Assembly: GCA_030583725.1 (NCBI GenBank)
Contig: CP129472.1
Span: 334,958-398,957, forward strand
Reading direction: 5' to 3'
Length of the DNA: 64,000 nt
DNA from: a bacterium
GTDB lineage: Bacteria; Patescibacteriota; Microgenomatia; UBA8517
The notes below the pieces were generated by a model. That model was given only the letters and a program-made list of their open reading frames with translations, was not told the DNA's origin and did not search any database. Made by a program: the position numbers and the translations under genes. Shown piece by piece: positions 19,930 through 29,777 of this stretch. Position 1 is the first letter of the stretch. Each line of letters begins with the position of its first letter.

Positions 19930-20937
19930 TCAAACCTGGTTATAGCCTTTTGGATGGGTTTTATAACCATTTGGGTTGGTTTTATGCCAAAGAAGTGCAG
20001 TTTCAATAATTTTTTCTATATCATATTTTGGTGACCAATTAAAATCTTTTTTTAATTTTTCATTTGAAGCATATAATTCATTAGCATCCCCTTCTCTTCT
20101 TGGCCCATACTTTACATTGACTTTTAAATTACTTAACCTTTCTATTTCTTCTATAATTTGGTTGTTTGAATAACCACGGCCCAAACCAACATTGTAGACA
20201 TTACTCTTTTTATTTTTTACTAAAGATTGTAGCCCCATTTCATGAACTTCAACTAAATCAAGTACGTGGATATAGTCACGAACACAAGTACCATCGGTGG
20301 TTTCATAGTCATTACCAAATATTTCCACTTCTTGGTTATTTAAAGCTTTAACAATTATATTTGGTATTAAATGGCTTTCTTCCATATGCGCCTCTCCAAT
20401 TGTGCCATCTAGTGATGCACCAGAAGCATTAAAGTATCTAAAAGACATATATTTTAAACCGTAGGCCAAGTCATAGTCATCTGCCACCCTTTCAAGAATG
20501 TATTTTGTTTCTCCGTATGGATTAAGTGGGTTTTTAAGGTCATCTTCTTCAATTGGTACTCTCTCAGGATTTCCATATACACCTGCAGAAGAAGAAATAA
20601 TTAAATTTAAACAATTATTCTCAATCATAGTATCCATAAGATTTAAATACCCAACAACGTTATTACGATAATACTTTGATGGATTATTAAATGATTCACC
20701 CATTTGAATAAAACTGGCCATATGAACAACACCATCAAATTTTTCTTTCTGGAATAATTCGTCTAGTTTTTGTTTTTCAGTTACTAAATCAATTTTTTGT
20801 AAATCAAAATCTTTTACTGCTTCGGGGTGCCCACCTGACAGGTTATCCACAATCACAACACTGTGTCCTTTTTCTTTAAGTTCTCTAACCATAAAAGAAC
20901 CAATGTAACCTGCCCCACCTGTTACTAATATTTTCAT
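19930..20937 (-). CDS. galE: UDP-glucose 4-epimerase
   Basis: MKILVTGGAGYIGS, YxxxK and other NAD-dependent epimerase motifs; length 335 aa. Confidence 0.85.
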   Translation of the reverse strand: MKILVTGGAGYIGSFMVRELKEKGHSVVIVDNLSGGHPEAVKDFDLQKIDLVTEKQKLDELFQKEKFDGVVHMASFIQMGESFNNPSKYYRNNVVGYLNLMDTMIENNCLNLIISSSAGVYGNPERVPIEEDDLKNPLNPYGETKYILERVADDYDLAYGLKYMSFRYFNASGASLDGTIGEAHMEESHLIPNIIVKALNNQEVEIFGNDYETTDGTCVRDYIHVLDLVEVHEMGLQSLVKNKKSNVYNVGLGRGYSNNQIIEEIERLSNLKVNVKYGPRREGDANELYASNEKLKKDFNWSPKYDIEKIIETALLWHKTNPNGYKTHPKGYNQV

Positions 20938-20945
20938 TTTTTTTA

Positions 20946-21368
20946 TTATTTAACTATCTGATATTTTGTATAAAAATCCCGAATCACCTTTGGCATATTT
21001 TTAATATTTTCTATTATACCAAATAAGGCAAAACTGGCCCCAATTGTATCAATTAAAACATCGCGAAATGCAGGACCTCTACCCGGTACAAATGACTGAT
21101 GATACTCATCACTAACTGCATATAAAAATGAGATTAAAACGGATAACCACATAGCTTTTTTACTTTTAACTTTTGAATTTATTAGAGCCCTATATAACAG
21201 TGTCGACAATATCGCATACTCCACAAAATGAGCAGATTTTTTAAAAATAAAATCCCACAAGTAAAACTTAGTTGTCGTAACTGTAGGGATACTTGAAAGA
21301 GTAAATATCAAACCAGCCCAAAGTAAAACTGGCAACCAGAATTTAGTCAATTTTTTGTTCTTTAACAC
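20946..21368 (-). CDS. VanZ-like membrane protein
   Basis: About 140 aa with 4 TM helices and a VanZ-like layout. Confidence 0.5.
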   Translation of the reverse strand: MLKNKKLTKFWLPVLLWAGLIFTLSSIPTVTTTKFYLWDFIFKKSAHFVEYAILSTLLYRALINSKVKSKKAMWLSVLISFLYAVSDEYHQSFVPGRGPAFRDVLIDTIGASFALFGIIENIKNMPKVIRDFYTKYQIVK

Positions 21369-22137
21369 GTCTTTGATTATATATCATATAGCCCACATAT
21401 CCCAGACAAGAGACTCCAAGTAATATGAAAATAATTGCAGCTAGTGGTGTTTTTTTAGTATCTGTTGCTCCAGCTACTAAACCCTCTGGTGTAGATTCAA
21501 CTATTTTAATATCAGCGTCAGAAATCAAATTTATAGGTTCGTTTGTTTCCTCAGATTCTTCAGTTGGAGTTGGCTTGGGGGTTGATGTTTTAGTAGGTGT
21601 TGGTTTGGGGGTTGGAGTTGGAGTTGGTGCAGTAGTTGGTTGGCTAGTTGGTTGTGGAGTTGAAGTAGCTGTTGGGGTCGGTATGGGTGTAGGATCTGGA
21701 TTTTGTAATCCTTGAGTTATTACACTCGTAATTTGCCAATTCTCACTTCCGTTTGGTACTCTTGCATAAACTTTGTTTGAATCCACGGCGGTATATGTGT
21801 ATTGATCGATAATTACTTGTGGCAACTGATTATTATATAATTTAATTGTGTCACCACCGTTATTTAGCCAACCCTCCGACCTCTGAAAAACAATATAACC
21901 AAGTGGTTCTATCACCCCTGAAAGTAAAATATCATCCTTTGAATTTGAGTTGCCATCCTCCAATAAATACCCACCGAGATCTATTTGATTTGAGCTTTCA
22001 TTATATAACTCTACCCACTCAGGGTCTGTTGAGGGAGAGAACTCATTTATCACAACCTGTGAAAAAACATATTTTGGGTAAAACAAAAACAAAAAACCAA
22101 CAGCAGATAGTAAATAAACAACTTTTGCTGTTTTCAT
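21343..22137 (-). CDS. lamin-tail-domain (LTD) protein with Pro/Thr-rich linker and C-terminal TM anchor
   Basis: A signal peptide, then the LTD signature VINEFSPSTDPEWVELYN, a PTPTPTPKPTPT linker and a C-terminal TM helix. Confidence 0.65.
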   Translation of the reverse strand: MKTAKVVYLLSAVGFLFLFYPKYVFSQVVINEFSPSTDPEWVELYNESSNQIDLGGYLLEDGNSNSKDDILLSGVIEPLGYIVFQRSEGWLNNGGDTIKLYNNQLPQVIIDQYTYTAVDSNKVYARVPNGSENWQITSVITQGLQNPDPTPIPTPTATSTPQPTSQPTTAPTPTPTPKPTPTKTSTPKPTPTEESEETNEPINLISDADIKIVESTPEGLVAGATDTKKTPLAAIIFILLGVSCLGYVGYMIYNQRRVKEQKID

Positions 22138-23295
22138 TTATTGCAAATGCAAATAAAGAGACATTTTCCCGTTAGGGTGAAATATTCGTACGTTATTACC
22201 AAAAGAACTAGATCCACGGTAGAAATAAGCAACACCATCGTCTAAGGCTCTAATTATTCTATCTGCACTATCAACCATATCTAGACCGTGGTGAAAATTA
22301 CCAGAATAGACGTAGGAATAGGGAGTATTACCATAACATTGAGTTATTCTGGGGTTTGTCATGGGCCAAGGTAGTGAACCAGACCCTATACTCTTAGTTT
22401 GTGCAGTTTGTACATCATTACAAGACAAAGCATTAAAATATAAACTTCGTGAAGCTAACAAGTTTGTGGGTGACTCGTGTTTTGTAGCATACCATCCGAT
22501 ACTGCCACTATACTCCTCGTTGTGTTGTGACTCTGTTAGGTTATATAAACCGAAGTGTAGATGTGCACCGGTTGAAAATCCTGTATTACCCATAACTCCA
22601 ATTGTTTCACCTTTTTTAACGTCCTTTTTGCCTGTAAATTGTGAACTGGATAGAGCTTCTAGTTCTCTTCTTGCTAAATCCAACAGCTCAGAATACTTCT
22701 TTTCATCGTTTTTAGTAACTGCCAACAAGTTTGCTTTCTGCTGTTTTTGATTGGCCAATTGCCTCTGTTGACTTGCAAGCTGTTCTTGTAGTTCTTCCTG
22801 ATCTGTTTTTTCTTCTACGTAAGTGTCTTGTGCTTTCTGGAGTCTATCAAGTAAACTTTTATCTCCATCCTGAATTTTTTTAAGATATGAAAATCTACTA
22901 AAAACTTCATTTAAATTACTTGAGGCTGCTAAAAGTAAAAATGGGTCACCAACACGAGCCATTTTATATGTTTCTTTGGCTCTTTCATTAAAGGCAATAT
23001 TTAATGATTCAATTGAGCCACCAATTTGATCAATTCTGCCTGACAACAAACTAATTTGCTCTTCTGTTTGCTGTACTTTTAAAGTTGTCAAAGTAATCTG
23101 GGCATCGAATTGGTTTATTTGACTAGAAAGCGTTTTGCTTGAGTCTTTCAACTTAGAAATGTTGGCCTCATAACAACTGATTCTTGACTGCACATCACCA
23201 CTACACTCTTGGGCGCTAACTTTTAAAACAGTTGAGAGAATTAGTGGTGTAAAAGCAAAGAAAAGCGATGTAAATATTATTATTTTATTTCTCAT
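22138..23295 (-). CDS. EnvC/PcsB-like coiled-coil M23 peptidase (FtsEX-associated murein hydrolase activator/hydrolase)
   Basis: A signal peptide, a long coiled-coil, and a C-terminal M23 LytM domain (GNTGFSTGAHLHFGLY). It lies immediately downstream of ftsEX. Confidence 0.8.
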   Translation of the reverse strand: MRNKIIIFTSLFFAFTPLILSTVLKVSAQECSGDVQSRISCYEANISKLKDSSKTLSSQINQFDAQITLTTLKVQQTEEQISLLSGRIDQIGGSIESLNIAFNERAKETYKMARVGDPFLLLAASSNLNEVFSRFSYLKKIQDGDKSLLDRLQKAQDTYVEEKTDQEELQEQLASQQRQLANQKQQKANLLAVTKNDEKKYSELLDLARRELEALSSSQFTGKKDVKKGETIGVMGNTGFSTGAHLHFGLYNLTESQHNEEYSGSIGWYATKHESPTNLLASRSLYFNALSCNDVQTAQTKSIGSGSLPWPMTNPRITQCYGNTPYSYVYSGNFHHGLDMVDSADRIIRALDDGVAYFYRGSSSFGNNVRIFHPNGKMSLYLHLQ

Positions 23296-24206
23296 ATTTT
23301 TTTAAGTGATCGTTTGACAGCTATTAAACTTCCGGTTAGTGCAATTACTAACCCAACCATCAACTCGATACCTAAAATTATTAAGAAAAGCATAAAGAAG
23401 TAAAAAGGATCTCTTGGTAAAATTGGAACTTGTCCAAAATAGTTAAGTATCGGAGCTGAGACATAAAGCCAAAGAATTAGTGATAATGCCCAACCTGTTA
23501 CTACACCCACTGTTGCATATATTAAACCCTCAATAACAATTGGACTTCTGACAAAAGCTGGAGTTGCACCAATAAGACTTAATATTTCAATTTCTCCTTT
23601 TCTCGTGGTCATTCTCATACTGACAATCACCAAAAGTACAAAGAATGAAGTTACAGCCAGAGCTCCTACAAAAACAATTCCGCCTATTCGCAAGTATGAA
23701 CTAAAAGCTTTAAGCCTGCCTACAACATCCCCCAGTGATTGTTCCCCACCAATGTTTGCAGTAAAGCCAACTTCCTCAACAACTGCTTCTGACTTGACTT
23801 CACTAATTACAGCCTCAGCCAAATCAAGATCAGTGACTGAAAACTCTAAAGAAGCTGGAAAAATTGAAGGACTAACTAACTCAGAAAGAAGTGGATTATC
23901 TTCTGTTGCTTTTTTATAAATTTCAAGAGCTTCCTCTTTGGGCACATATTTAACATCTTTAATTCTTAAGTCTTGGCTTAACTTATTTTGCAAAGCAAAA
24001 ACTGCTTCTTGTGTAGCATCATTTTTCAAAAAAGAAATAATTTGTGGCCTAGTTTCAAAATAATTTAAAGACTGGTTTGAGGCATAGACTAAAATAGCAA
24101 CTGTGGTAGCCACAAAAAAAGTTAAAGTTAAAACAAAAATTGCAGAAATTGCCTGAAACGGCGATCTCTTAATTGAGTCGATTGCTGTTTTTGAATGTAT
24201 TCCCAT
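23292..24206 (-). CDS. ftsX: cell division ABC transporter permease FtsX
   Basis: Follows ftsE with a 4-nt overlap and has the 4-TM FtsX topology with a large extracellular loop. Confidence 0.85.
   Translation of the reverse strand: MGIHSKTAIDSIKRSPFQAISAIFVLTLTFFVATTVAILVYASNQSLNYFETRPQIISFLKNDATQEAVFALQNKLSQDLRIKDVKYVPKEEALEIYKKATEDNPLLSELVSPSIFPASLEFSVTDLDLAEAVISEVKSEAVVEEVGFTANIGGEQSLGDVVGRLKAFSSYLRIGGIVFVGALAVTSFFVLLVIVSMRMTTRKGEIEILSLIGATPAFVRSPIVIEGLIYATVGVVTGWALSLILWLYVSAPILNYFGQVPILPRDPFYFFMLFLIILGIELMVGLVIALTGSLIAVKRSLKKI
23322..23714 (-). repeat. second arm of the ~393-bp perfect inverted repeat (the intact ftsX 3' end)
   Basis: The exact reverse complement of 19498-19890. Confidence 0.85.
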
Positions 24207-24233
24207 ATAGTTATTAAAAAAATTTAAATACCT

Positions 24234-24887
24234 CTATTTCCCAGCTGCTTTGCCATCTTTTAATTCTATCACTCTATGCTTACCATGTTTAATAATACCC
24301 TCGTGATGAGTAGCCATAATTATTGTTTTACCTTCTTTGTTTACTTTTTCTAAAAGATCCATTATACCTTCTGCAGTATCCCAATCTAGGTTGCCGGTAG
24401 GCTCATCAGCTAAAATTAGTTTTGGATTGACCACTAATGCGCGAGCAAGGGAAACTCTTTGAAGCTCTCCACCAGAAAGTTGTGAGGGAAATAGTCTTGC
24501 CCTGTTTGACAGCCCAACAAGTTTTAAAACATGGTCAACTCTCTTTTGCCATTCCTCTTGGGGTGTATTTGAAACCGCCAAAGCAACCTCAACGTTTTCT
24601 GAAACAGTTCTTTCAGACAACACTTTAAAATCCTGAAAAACTATACCCATCTGCTGACGTAGAAGTGGTATGTCGCTTGCTCTAATTTCAGAAAGATCGT
24701 TTCCATCAAAAACTACTTTACCTGAGTCTGCTATCAAATCTCTTAAAATTAATTTTAGAATCGTTGTTTTCCCTGCACCAGAAGGACCTGTTAAAAAAAC
24801 AAATTCGCCATCCTTGACTTCAAATGAGATTTTGTCGAGGGCTTTTATAGATCCAAAGGATTTAGAAACATTTTCAAATTGTATCAT
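24234..24887 (-). CDS. ftsE: cell division ATP-binding protein FtsE
   Basis: Walker A GPSGAGKTT, LSGGELQR signature, Walker B ILADEPTGNLD; length 217 aa. Confidence 0.9.
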   Translation of the reverse strand: MIQFENVSKSFGSIKALDKISFEVKDGEFVFLTGPSGAGKTTILKLILRDLIADSGKVVFDGNDLSEIRASDIPLLRQQMGIVFQDFKVLSERTVSENVEVALAVSNTPQEEWQKRVDHVLKLVGLSNRARLFPSQLSGGELQRVSLARALVVNPKLILADEPTGNLDWDTAEGIMDLLEKVNKEGKTIIMATHHEGIIKHGKHRVIELKDGKAAGK

Positions 24888-25399
24888 TCAATAACTTTAA
24901 TTTTACCCACATCAATCAACCAACCAGCTTTCTTACCTGAAATTGTATCCCCCCAAATTCTGACCTTTTTACCAACAAATTTATCCAAGTCAACAGAAGT
25001 TGAAGTTAGATAAGCGTATTGAGAAGGACCTACACCCCTAACCAAGTGGTGTGTACCTTCATCTGCAATTCCACCTTCTTCTAAAAGACCATCAGCAGTA
25101 GATGCAAAAATTGATTCGTCTGCAACCCCCGCCTCATTTTCAGAAACAATTATTGTCTGCTCCTTCGAAATGCTTAAAAATCCGTCAGAATCTTTACCAG
25201 CACCTGACAATAAATAACCTGCGCCTATGCCTAGTAAAACTACTGTAATAGAAATTAAAGCAAGAATGATATTTTTCTTGGATTGATTTTGGCCACTATT
25301 GGTTGTGCTAAATTGCTTAACTACAGATGCGGACCTTTGGACTGGATTTAAAGTAGATTCCATATCATTAAAACTACCATAATTGAGAGTGTCAAACAA
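24884..25399 (-). CDS. hypothetical membrane-anchored protein
   Basis: A 171-codon ORF with a single TM helix. Confidence 0.4.
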   Translation of the reverse strand: MFDTLNYGSFNDMESTLNPVQRSASVVKQFSTTNSGQNQSKKNIILALISITVVLLGIGAGYLLSGAGKDSDGFLSISKEQTIIVSENEAGVADESIFASTADGLLEEGGIADEGTHHLVRGVGPSQYAYLTSTSVDLDKFVGKKVRIWGDTISGKKAGWLIDVGKIKVIE

Positions 25400-25407
25400 G
25401 AGAGAAA

Positions 25408-25767
25408 TTATTCTGTTTCTATTGGGCTTGAGGTTGGCAACACAACAACTTCGGCACTGACTGTCGCTGTTGGCTCATCTGAAGACTCTGCTGTCGGCGA
25501 TGGAGATGGAACCATAGTTGGCTCTGGTGTAACTTGAATATTTATTAACTCTTCATTCTTCATTCTCAACTCTGTCACCAATTGTTGTGTTTGATAGGCA
25601 AAAAAGCCAGCCATTAAGGTTGCAAGAATTAAAAGGATTGAAAGCAATGATACTAAAAAACTACCTCCTTTTGTTTTTACTGGTTCTGGGTTTACTACCT
25701 GAGGAACACTAACTTCAGGTTCTGGATTACTAATTACTGGTACTTCTGGTGTTTGATTTTCTTGCAT
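25408..25767 (-). CDS. hypothetical single-TM protein with short coiled-coil (FtsB/FtsL-like topology)
   Basis: A TM helix followed by LVTELRMKNEEL and Pro-rich tails. Confidence 0.35.
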   Translation of the reverse strand: MQENQTPEVPVISNPEPEVSVPQVVNPEPVKTKGGSFLVSLLSILLILATLMAGFFAYQTQQLVTELRMKNEELINIQVTPEPTMVPSPSPTAESSDEPTATVSAEVVVLPTSSPIETE

Positions 25768-25806
25768 AAATTAACTATACCACAGTTTTAATTTTTATTC
25801 TGCTTC

Positions 25807-26862
25807 TTAAATTTTCAACTCGGCATTTATAAATTCATCAAGTTCACCATCAAGAACTGCATCTGGATTTCCTGATTCCACCTCTGTTCTTAAATCCTTA
25901 ACCATCTTATACGGATGTAACACATAACTTCTGATCTGGTTTCCCCAACTTGCAGGTTTATAATCCCCTTTAATATCTTTTAATTGGTTCTTTTCTACTT
26001 CTTGTTGCCTAATCCATAATTTTGCACGAAGTAACCCTAATGCAATTTTTCTATTTTGTTCTTGAAATCTTTCAGTCCTTGCAGTAATTACAATTCCTGT
26101 CGGAATATGCGTAAGCCTAACTGCAGTGGACACTTTATTAACATTTTGTCCTCCATGCCCACCAGCCCTCGTAAATTGCCAATCAAGTTCTTCATCTTTA
26201 ATCTGTATCTCAGGTAAATCAGTAGCTTCCAAGTCTGGCAAGACTTCAACCAAAGCAAATGATGTTTGCCTTAAATCATTTGCATTAAATGGCGACTGAC
26301 GGACAAGCCTGTGTGTTCCTGATTCTTTTTTTAAATAACCATATGTATATTTACCCTTTACCTCAAAAGTTACACTTTTTAAACCAGCTTCTTCACCTGC
26401 TGTTGAGTCAATGGTTTCAGTTGTATAGTTTTTTCTTTCGCAGTATCTTAGATACATTCTAAAAAGCATTGCGGTCCAGTCCATAGCTTCGGTTCCACCT
26501 TGACCCGCGTGAATTGTAATAATTGCATTTTTAGTATCATATGGACTCGAAAGGTATGACTTTGTTTCAAGTTTTGATATTATTTTTGAGGCTTTTGATA
26601 ATTCTGTGGGATCCTCAACTTCATTTAAAATTTCAATCGTAGCTGAAATGTCTTCTATCTCATCCAACTCTTCTTTTAAATTTGATAGATTTTGAAGGAC
26701 AGTTTTGGCATTATTCTGGTCATCCCAAAGACTTGGATCAGTTGACAAGCTTTCCAATTTTTTCAACTCCGCTTCTTTTTTGGGAATATCTAAAACCTCT
26801 TTTAACTTGTCTAATCTCTGGGTTAGTTCTTCAATTGTTACTTCTTCGCTCATGGAGTACAT
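25807..26862 (-). CDS. prfB: peptide chain release factor 2
   Basis: The RF2-specific SPF tripeptide (RQSPFNAN) and GGQ motif (GGHGGQNVNKVSTAVRLTHIPTGIV). The ORF is uninterrupted, with no +1 frameshift site. Confidence 0.9.
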   Translation of the reverse strand: MYSMSEEVTIEELTQRLDKLKEVLDIPKKEAELKKLESLSTDPSLWDDQNNAKTVLQNLSNLKEELDEIEDISATIEILNEVEDPTELSKASKIISKLETKSYLSSPYDTKNAIITIHAGQGGTEAMDWTAMLFRMYLRYCERKNYTTETIDSTAGEEAGLKSVTFEVKGKYTYGYLKKESGTHRLVRQSPFNANDLRQTSFALVEVLPDLEATDLPEIQIKDEELDWQFTRAGGHGGQNVNKVSTAVRLTHIPTGIVITARTERFQEQNRKIALGLLRAKLWIRQQEVEKNQLKDIKGDYKPASWGNQIRSYVLHPYKMVKDLRTEVESGNPDAVLDGELDEFINAELKI

Positions 26863-27284
26863 ATTATAGCCTTTATTTTTTTCATTTCATCTGGGTTTAA
26901 ACTTTGTAAAACATTTAAAGCATCATCAGTTGTCGGGTTACTAGCATAAGATGATGGTATTTCGTCCGTGACACCCAGAACATCTACCAATTTGCCTCTG
27001 CCTATATCTAGCGCTGCGGTAATTGGTTTTGGAGCATTTTTCCAACCTAAAATCTCAGTAATTGCAGTTCTTCCTGCAATTAATAAAAATCCTTCCAAAA
27101 GCAATGTCAACAAAAATCCAAAAAAAATACCTAAAAAGACACCATCTATTGATGACTTGACAAAAATTTTGCGTATATATCCAAAAACCACAACTGCCAA
27201 AAACACCAAAACAATAATTAACCCTGCCTTAATATGACCTTGGCTCCAACTGATGTTTGAAATATAACTTAAGATATTTTGCAC
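26850..27284 (-). CDS. hypothetical membrane protein
   Basis: A 144-codon ORF with 3 TM helices. Confidence 0.4.
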   Translation of the reverse strand: MQNILSYISNISWSQGHIKAGLIIVLVFLAVVVFGYIRKIFVKSSIDGVFLGIFFGFLLTLLLEGFLLIAGRTAITEILGWKNAPKPITAALDIGRGKLVDVLGVTDEIPSSYASNPTTDDALNVLQSLNPDEMKKIKAIICTP

Positions 27285-27337
27285 AATTTAATTATATACT
27301 AGTCAAACCAGTTTGCTACTTTTGTAGGTTAGTAGAG

Positions 27338-28018
27338 TTATAAAGGTGTGGAAGTTGGGGTTGCTGAAGGCTTTGGTGTGCCTGAGGCTTGAGGTGTGGC
27401 CGTACTAGCAGGTTTTGATGTTTGACTACCTCTAAGCCCAGTAATTACTACAACATCTGATTTTTGAGTTGTAGAGGTTTTTACATTTACTTCTTTATAG
27501 AAACTTTCTAATTCTTTTTTGAGTTCATCTTGAACTGTTTTAGACAAACTACTTAAAAAGGTAACTGTTGTAATTGTGTTATTTGTTGAATCTGCATTTC
27601 CTGATGTTATATCACTGTAACCTAGAGTTTTTAACTTATCTGAAAGTAATTTTGCTTCCCCTGTTATACCAGTACCATTTAAAATCTCTATCGAAACTTC
27701 AGACTTATTAACAGGTGCTGGTGTTGATGTTGGAGATGGAGTATTTTGTGGTTCGTCAATAGGAACAATTCCAAATGATGGAGTAGGTGTTGCTATTGGT
27801 TCACTACTAGTTTTTGAAAAGAAATAAATACCAGCTCCACCTAAAACTAATAAAAGTATAAAAATTATTAACCACTTGGAGTTAGAATTTTTTGCCCTGT
27901 TGGAAGATGATTGAAAATCAGATGCCTGAGGAGGTCCTTGCTGAGCTACTTCGTTCTGTGTTATTTGGTCTTCCATCGTTGTCGGCGCAGTATACCTATA
28001 ACTTATGGGTATTGTCAA
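27338..28018 (-). CDS. membrane-anchored LytR_C (LytR/CpsA/Psr C-terminal) domain protein
   Basis: A TM helix, a Pro/Thr-rich segment, then IEILNGTGITGEAKLLSDKLKTLGY... Confidence 0.5.
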   Translation of the reverse strand: MTIPISYRYTAPTTMEDQITQNEVAQQGPPQASDFQSSSNRAKNSNSKWLIIFILLLVLGGAGIYFFSKTSSEPIATPTPSFGIVPIDEPQNTPSPTSTPAPVNKSEVSIEILNGTGITGEAKLLSDKLKTLGYSDITSGNADSTNNTITTVTFLSSLSKTVQDELKKELESFYKEVNVKTSTTQKSDVVVITGLRGSQTSKPASTATPQASGTPKPSATPTSTPL

Positions 28019-28029
28019 GTGTAGTCTTA

Positions 28030-29130
28030 CTAATCAAGGTCAACAAGCTTACTTAGTTTCTCCATTAAAATGGAGTAAAACCTAAGGTTATGTATCGTGG
28101 CTAATCGGCCCGCAGTAAAATCACCAATTTTAAATAGGTGGGCCAAATACCCTCTAGTATATCTTTTACAGGTCAGGCAATCACAAGCTTCTGAAACTGG
28201 TTCGTTGGAACTTAAGTTTTTAGTTTTTGCTGGAACATAAAACTCGTAGAAATCTTTTTGAGATACATCTATCTCATCTATTGTTTTTGCGTTATATATA
28301 TACATTCTGCCGTGCCTTGCATCTCTAGTTGGCAGAACACAATCAAAAATTGTAAAGCCTTGGCCAACTAAAGTTACAATATCTTCAGGCTTCCCTAACC
28401 CTAGTCCATATAGTAAATAGTTTTTGGGGCTGTTATTGGCAATAACTTTGGACATTTCATAATTTATACCCTTGTCTCCTTTGCCATCTCCACCATAACC
28501 CAAACCATCAAAGCCTATTTTTACTAGTTCTTGTGTACAATACTTTCTTAAGTCAGCAAACCTACCACCTTGAACAACCCCTAAAATAAGTGGTCTTTTA
28601 CTTGTTGGTATTTTTTTTGCCTTACATATTTTTTCAAATTCATCTTTACTACGTTTGGCCCACATAATAGTCCTATCAACTGATATCTCGGTTCCTTTTT
28701 TAGTACCACCAAACAAATCAAAGTCATCCAATACAACCACCATATCAACACCTAGTTCCATTTGAATTTGTATGGATAGCTCAGGTGTTAGTAGTATTTT
28801 TTTACCATCTAGTTTAAATAAAGCTCCCTCGTCAGTAATTTTTCCCAAATTTGGGTTTGATTTTATTAAACTTCCAACTTGAAACCCCCCTGAGTCTGAA
28901 ATCATGGCACCATCCCAATTCATGAACTTTTTAATCCCACCTATTTTTTTGATGAAGTCTAATCCCAACTCTTTGTATAAATGGAAAGTATTAACTAATA
29001 AACCTGTTGTTTTTGTTTCTTCAATATCTCTGGTATCAAGTGATTTAAGTACTGCCCTAGTAGCATCAGGAAAGAATACTGGTAAAGAAACATTACCATT
29101 GGCAGACCGAAAATATTTAGGAGACGTCAT
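28030..29130 (-). CDS. tgt: queuine tRNA-ribosyltransferase
   Basis: The FFPDATRA start, the D-SGGFQ catalytic region and the zinc site CDCLTC...H. Confidence 0.9.
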   Translation of the reverse strand: MTSPKYFRSANGNVSLPVFFPDATRAVLKSLDTRDIEETKTTGLLVNTFHLYKELGLDFIKKIGGIKKFMNWDGAMISDSGGFQVGSLIKSNPNLGKITDEGALFKLDGKKILLTPELSIQIQMELGVDMVVVLDDFDLFGGTKKGTEISVDRTIMWAKRSKDEFEKICKAKKIPTSKRPLILGVVQGGRFADLRKYCTQELVKIGFDGLGYGGDGKGDKGINYEMSKVIANNSPKNYLLYGLGLGKPEDIVTLVGQGFTIFDCVLPTRDARHGRMYIYNAKTIDEIDVSQKDFYEFYVPAKTKNLSSNEPVSEACDCLTCKRYTRGYLAHLFKIGDFTAGRLATIHNLRFYSILMEKLSKLVDLD

Positions 29131-29756
29131 TTGTTACCCAGAGTTATGACAAAATCATAAGGACTTGAAGCAGGCAATGTTTCAGTCTCAGTAGAAACTT
29201 CATAATCTTCTGAAAGATCTTTAATTAAAGATTCCAAAAGTTCTTTTTTGTCACTTTTGACAGATATTACAGTTTCTTCAAAATTTGAACTAGAAGCATT
29301 ACCCACAGCTACATTCTCATAGCCTAGACCTTCTAGCATTGTTTTGGCTTTACCAGCAAAACCTGCAATTCCACTACCATTTAAAACTTGTAATTTAACT
29401 ACTGATCTATCAAATTCATCCTCTTCTTCTGTTTTAACTTCTTCCTCCACCTCAGGAGTAGCAACTACAACAGGAGATGGTAAAGCTTCCACACTAGAAA
29501 GACGAGACAGGCCTGAGAAATAAGTAATTAAACCTCCAACAAATGCGCCAACTAAAAGCGCTGTTGGGACTATAATCCAGAGGTAATTTGTTTTTTCTGT
29601 TTCCTCAACTACAATTTCTTCACTTGAAGGCTCTTGATCCTCAACTTTAACTGTTTCTGGTTCACTTTCTGGCTTCTCCAATTCATTCTCTTCAACGGGC
29701 TCAGCTATTTCCTCAACTACTACCATTTTTTTCTTCTTATCTTCTTCTTTTGGCAT
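29127..29756 (-). CDS. membrane-anchored LytR_C domain protein with acidic N-terminus
   Basis: An acidic, low-complexity N-terminus, a TM helix, then LQVLNGSGIAGFAGKAKTMLEGLGY... Confidence 0.5.
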   Translation of the reverse strand: MPKEEDKKKKMVVVEEIAEPVEENELEKPESEPETVKVEDQEPSSEEIVVEETEKTNYLWIIVPTALLVGAFVGGLITYFSGLSRLSSVEALPSPVVVATPEVEEEVKTEEEDEFDRSVVKLQVLNGSGIAGFAGKAKTMLEGLGYENVAVGNASSSNFEETVISVKSDKKELLESLIKDLSEDYEVSTETETLPASSPYDFVITLGNK

Positions 29757-29777
29757 ATACTTATATTAACATACTTT

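Noticed and set aside
25807-26862. I looked for the programmed +1 frameshift site that most bacteria have in prfB (CUU UGA C).
   Set aside because: The RF2 ORF is a single uninterrupted 351-codon frame with SPF and GGQ motifs, so there is no frameshift here. This also supports the standard code, with UGA as a stop.
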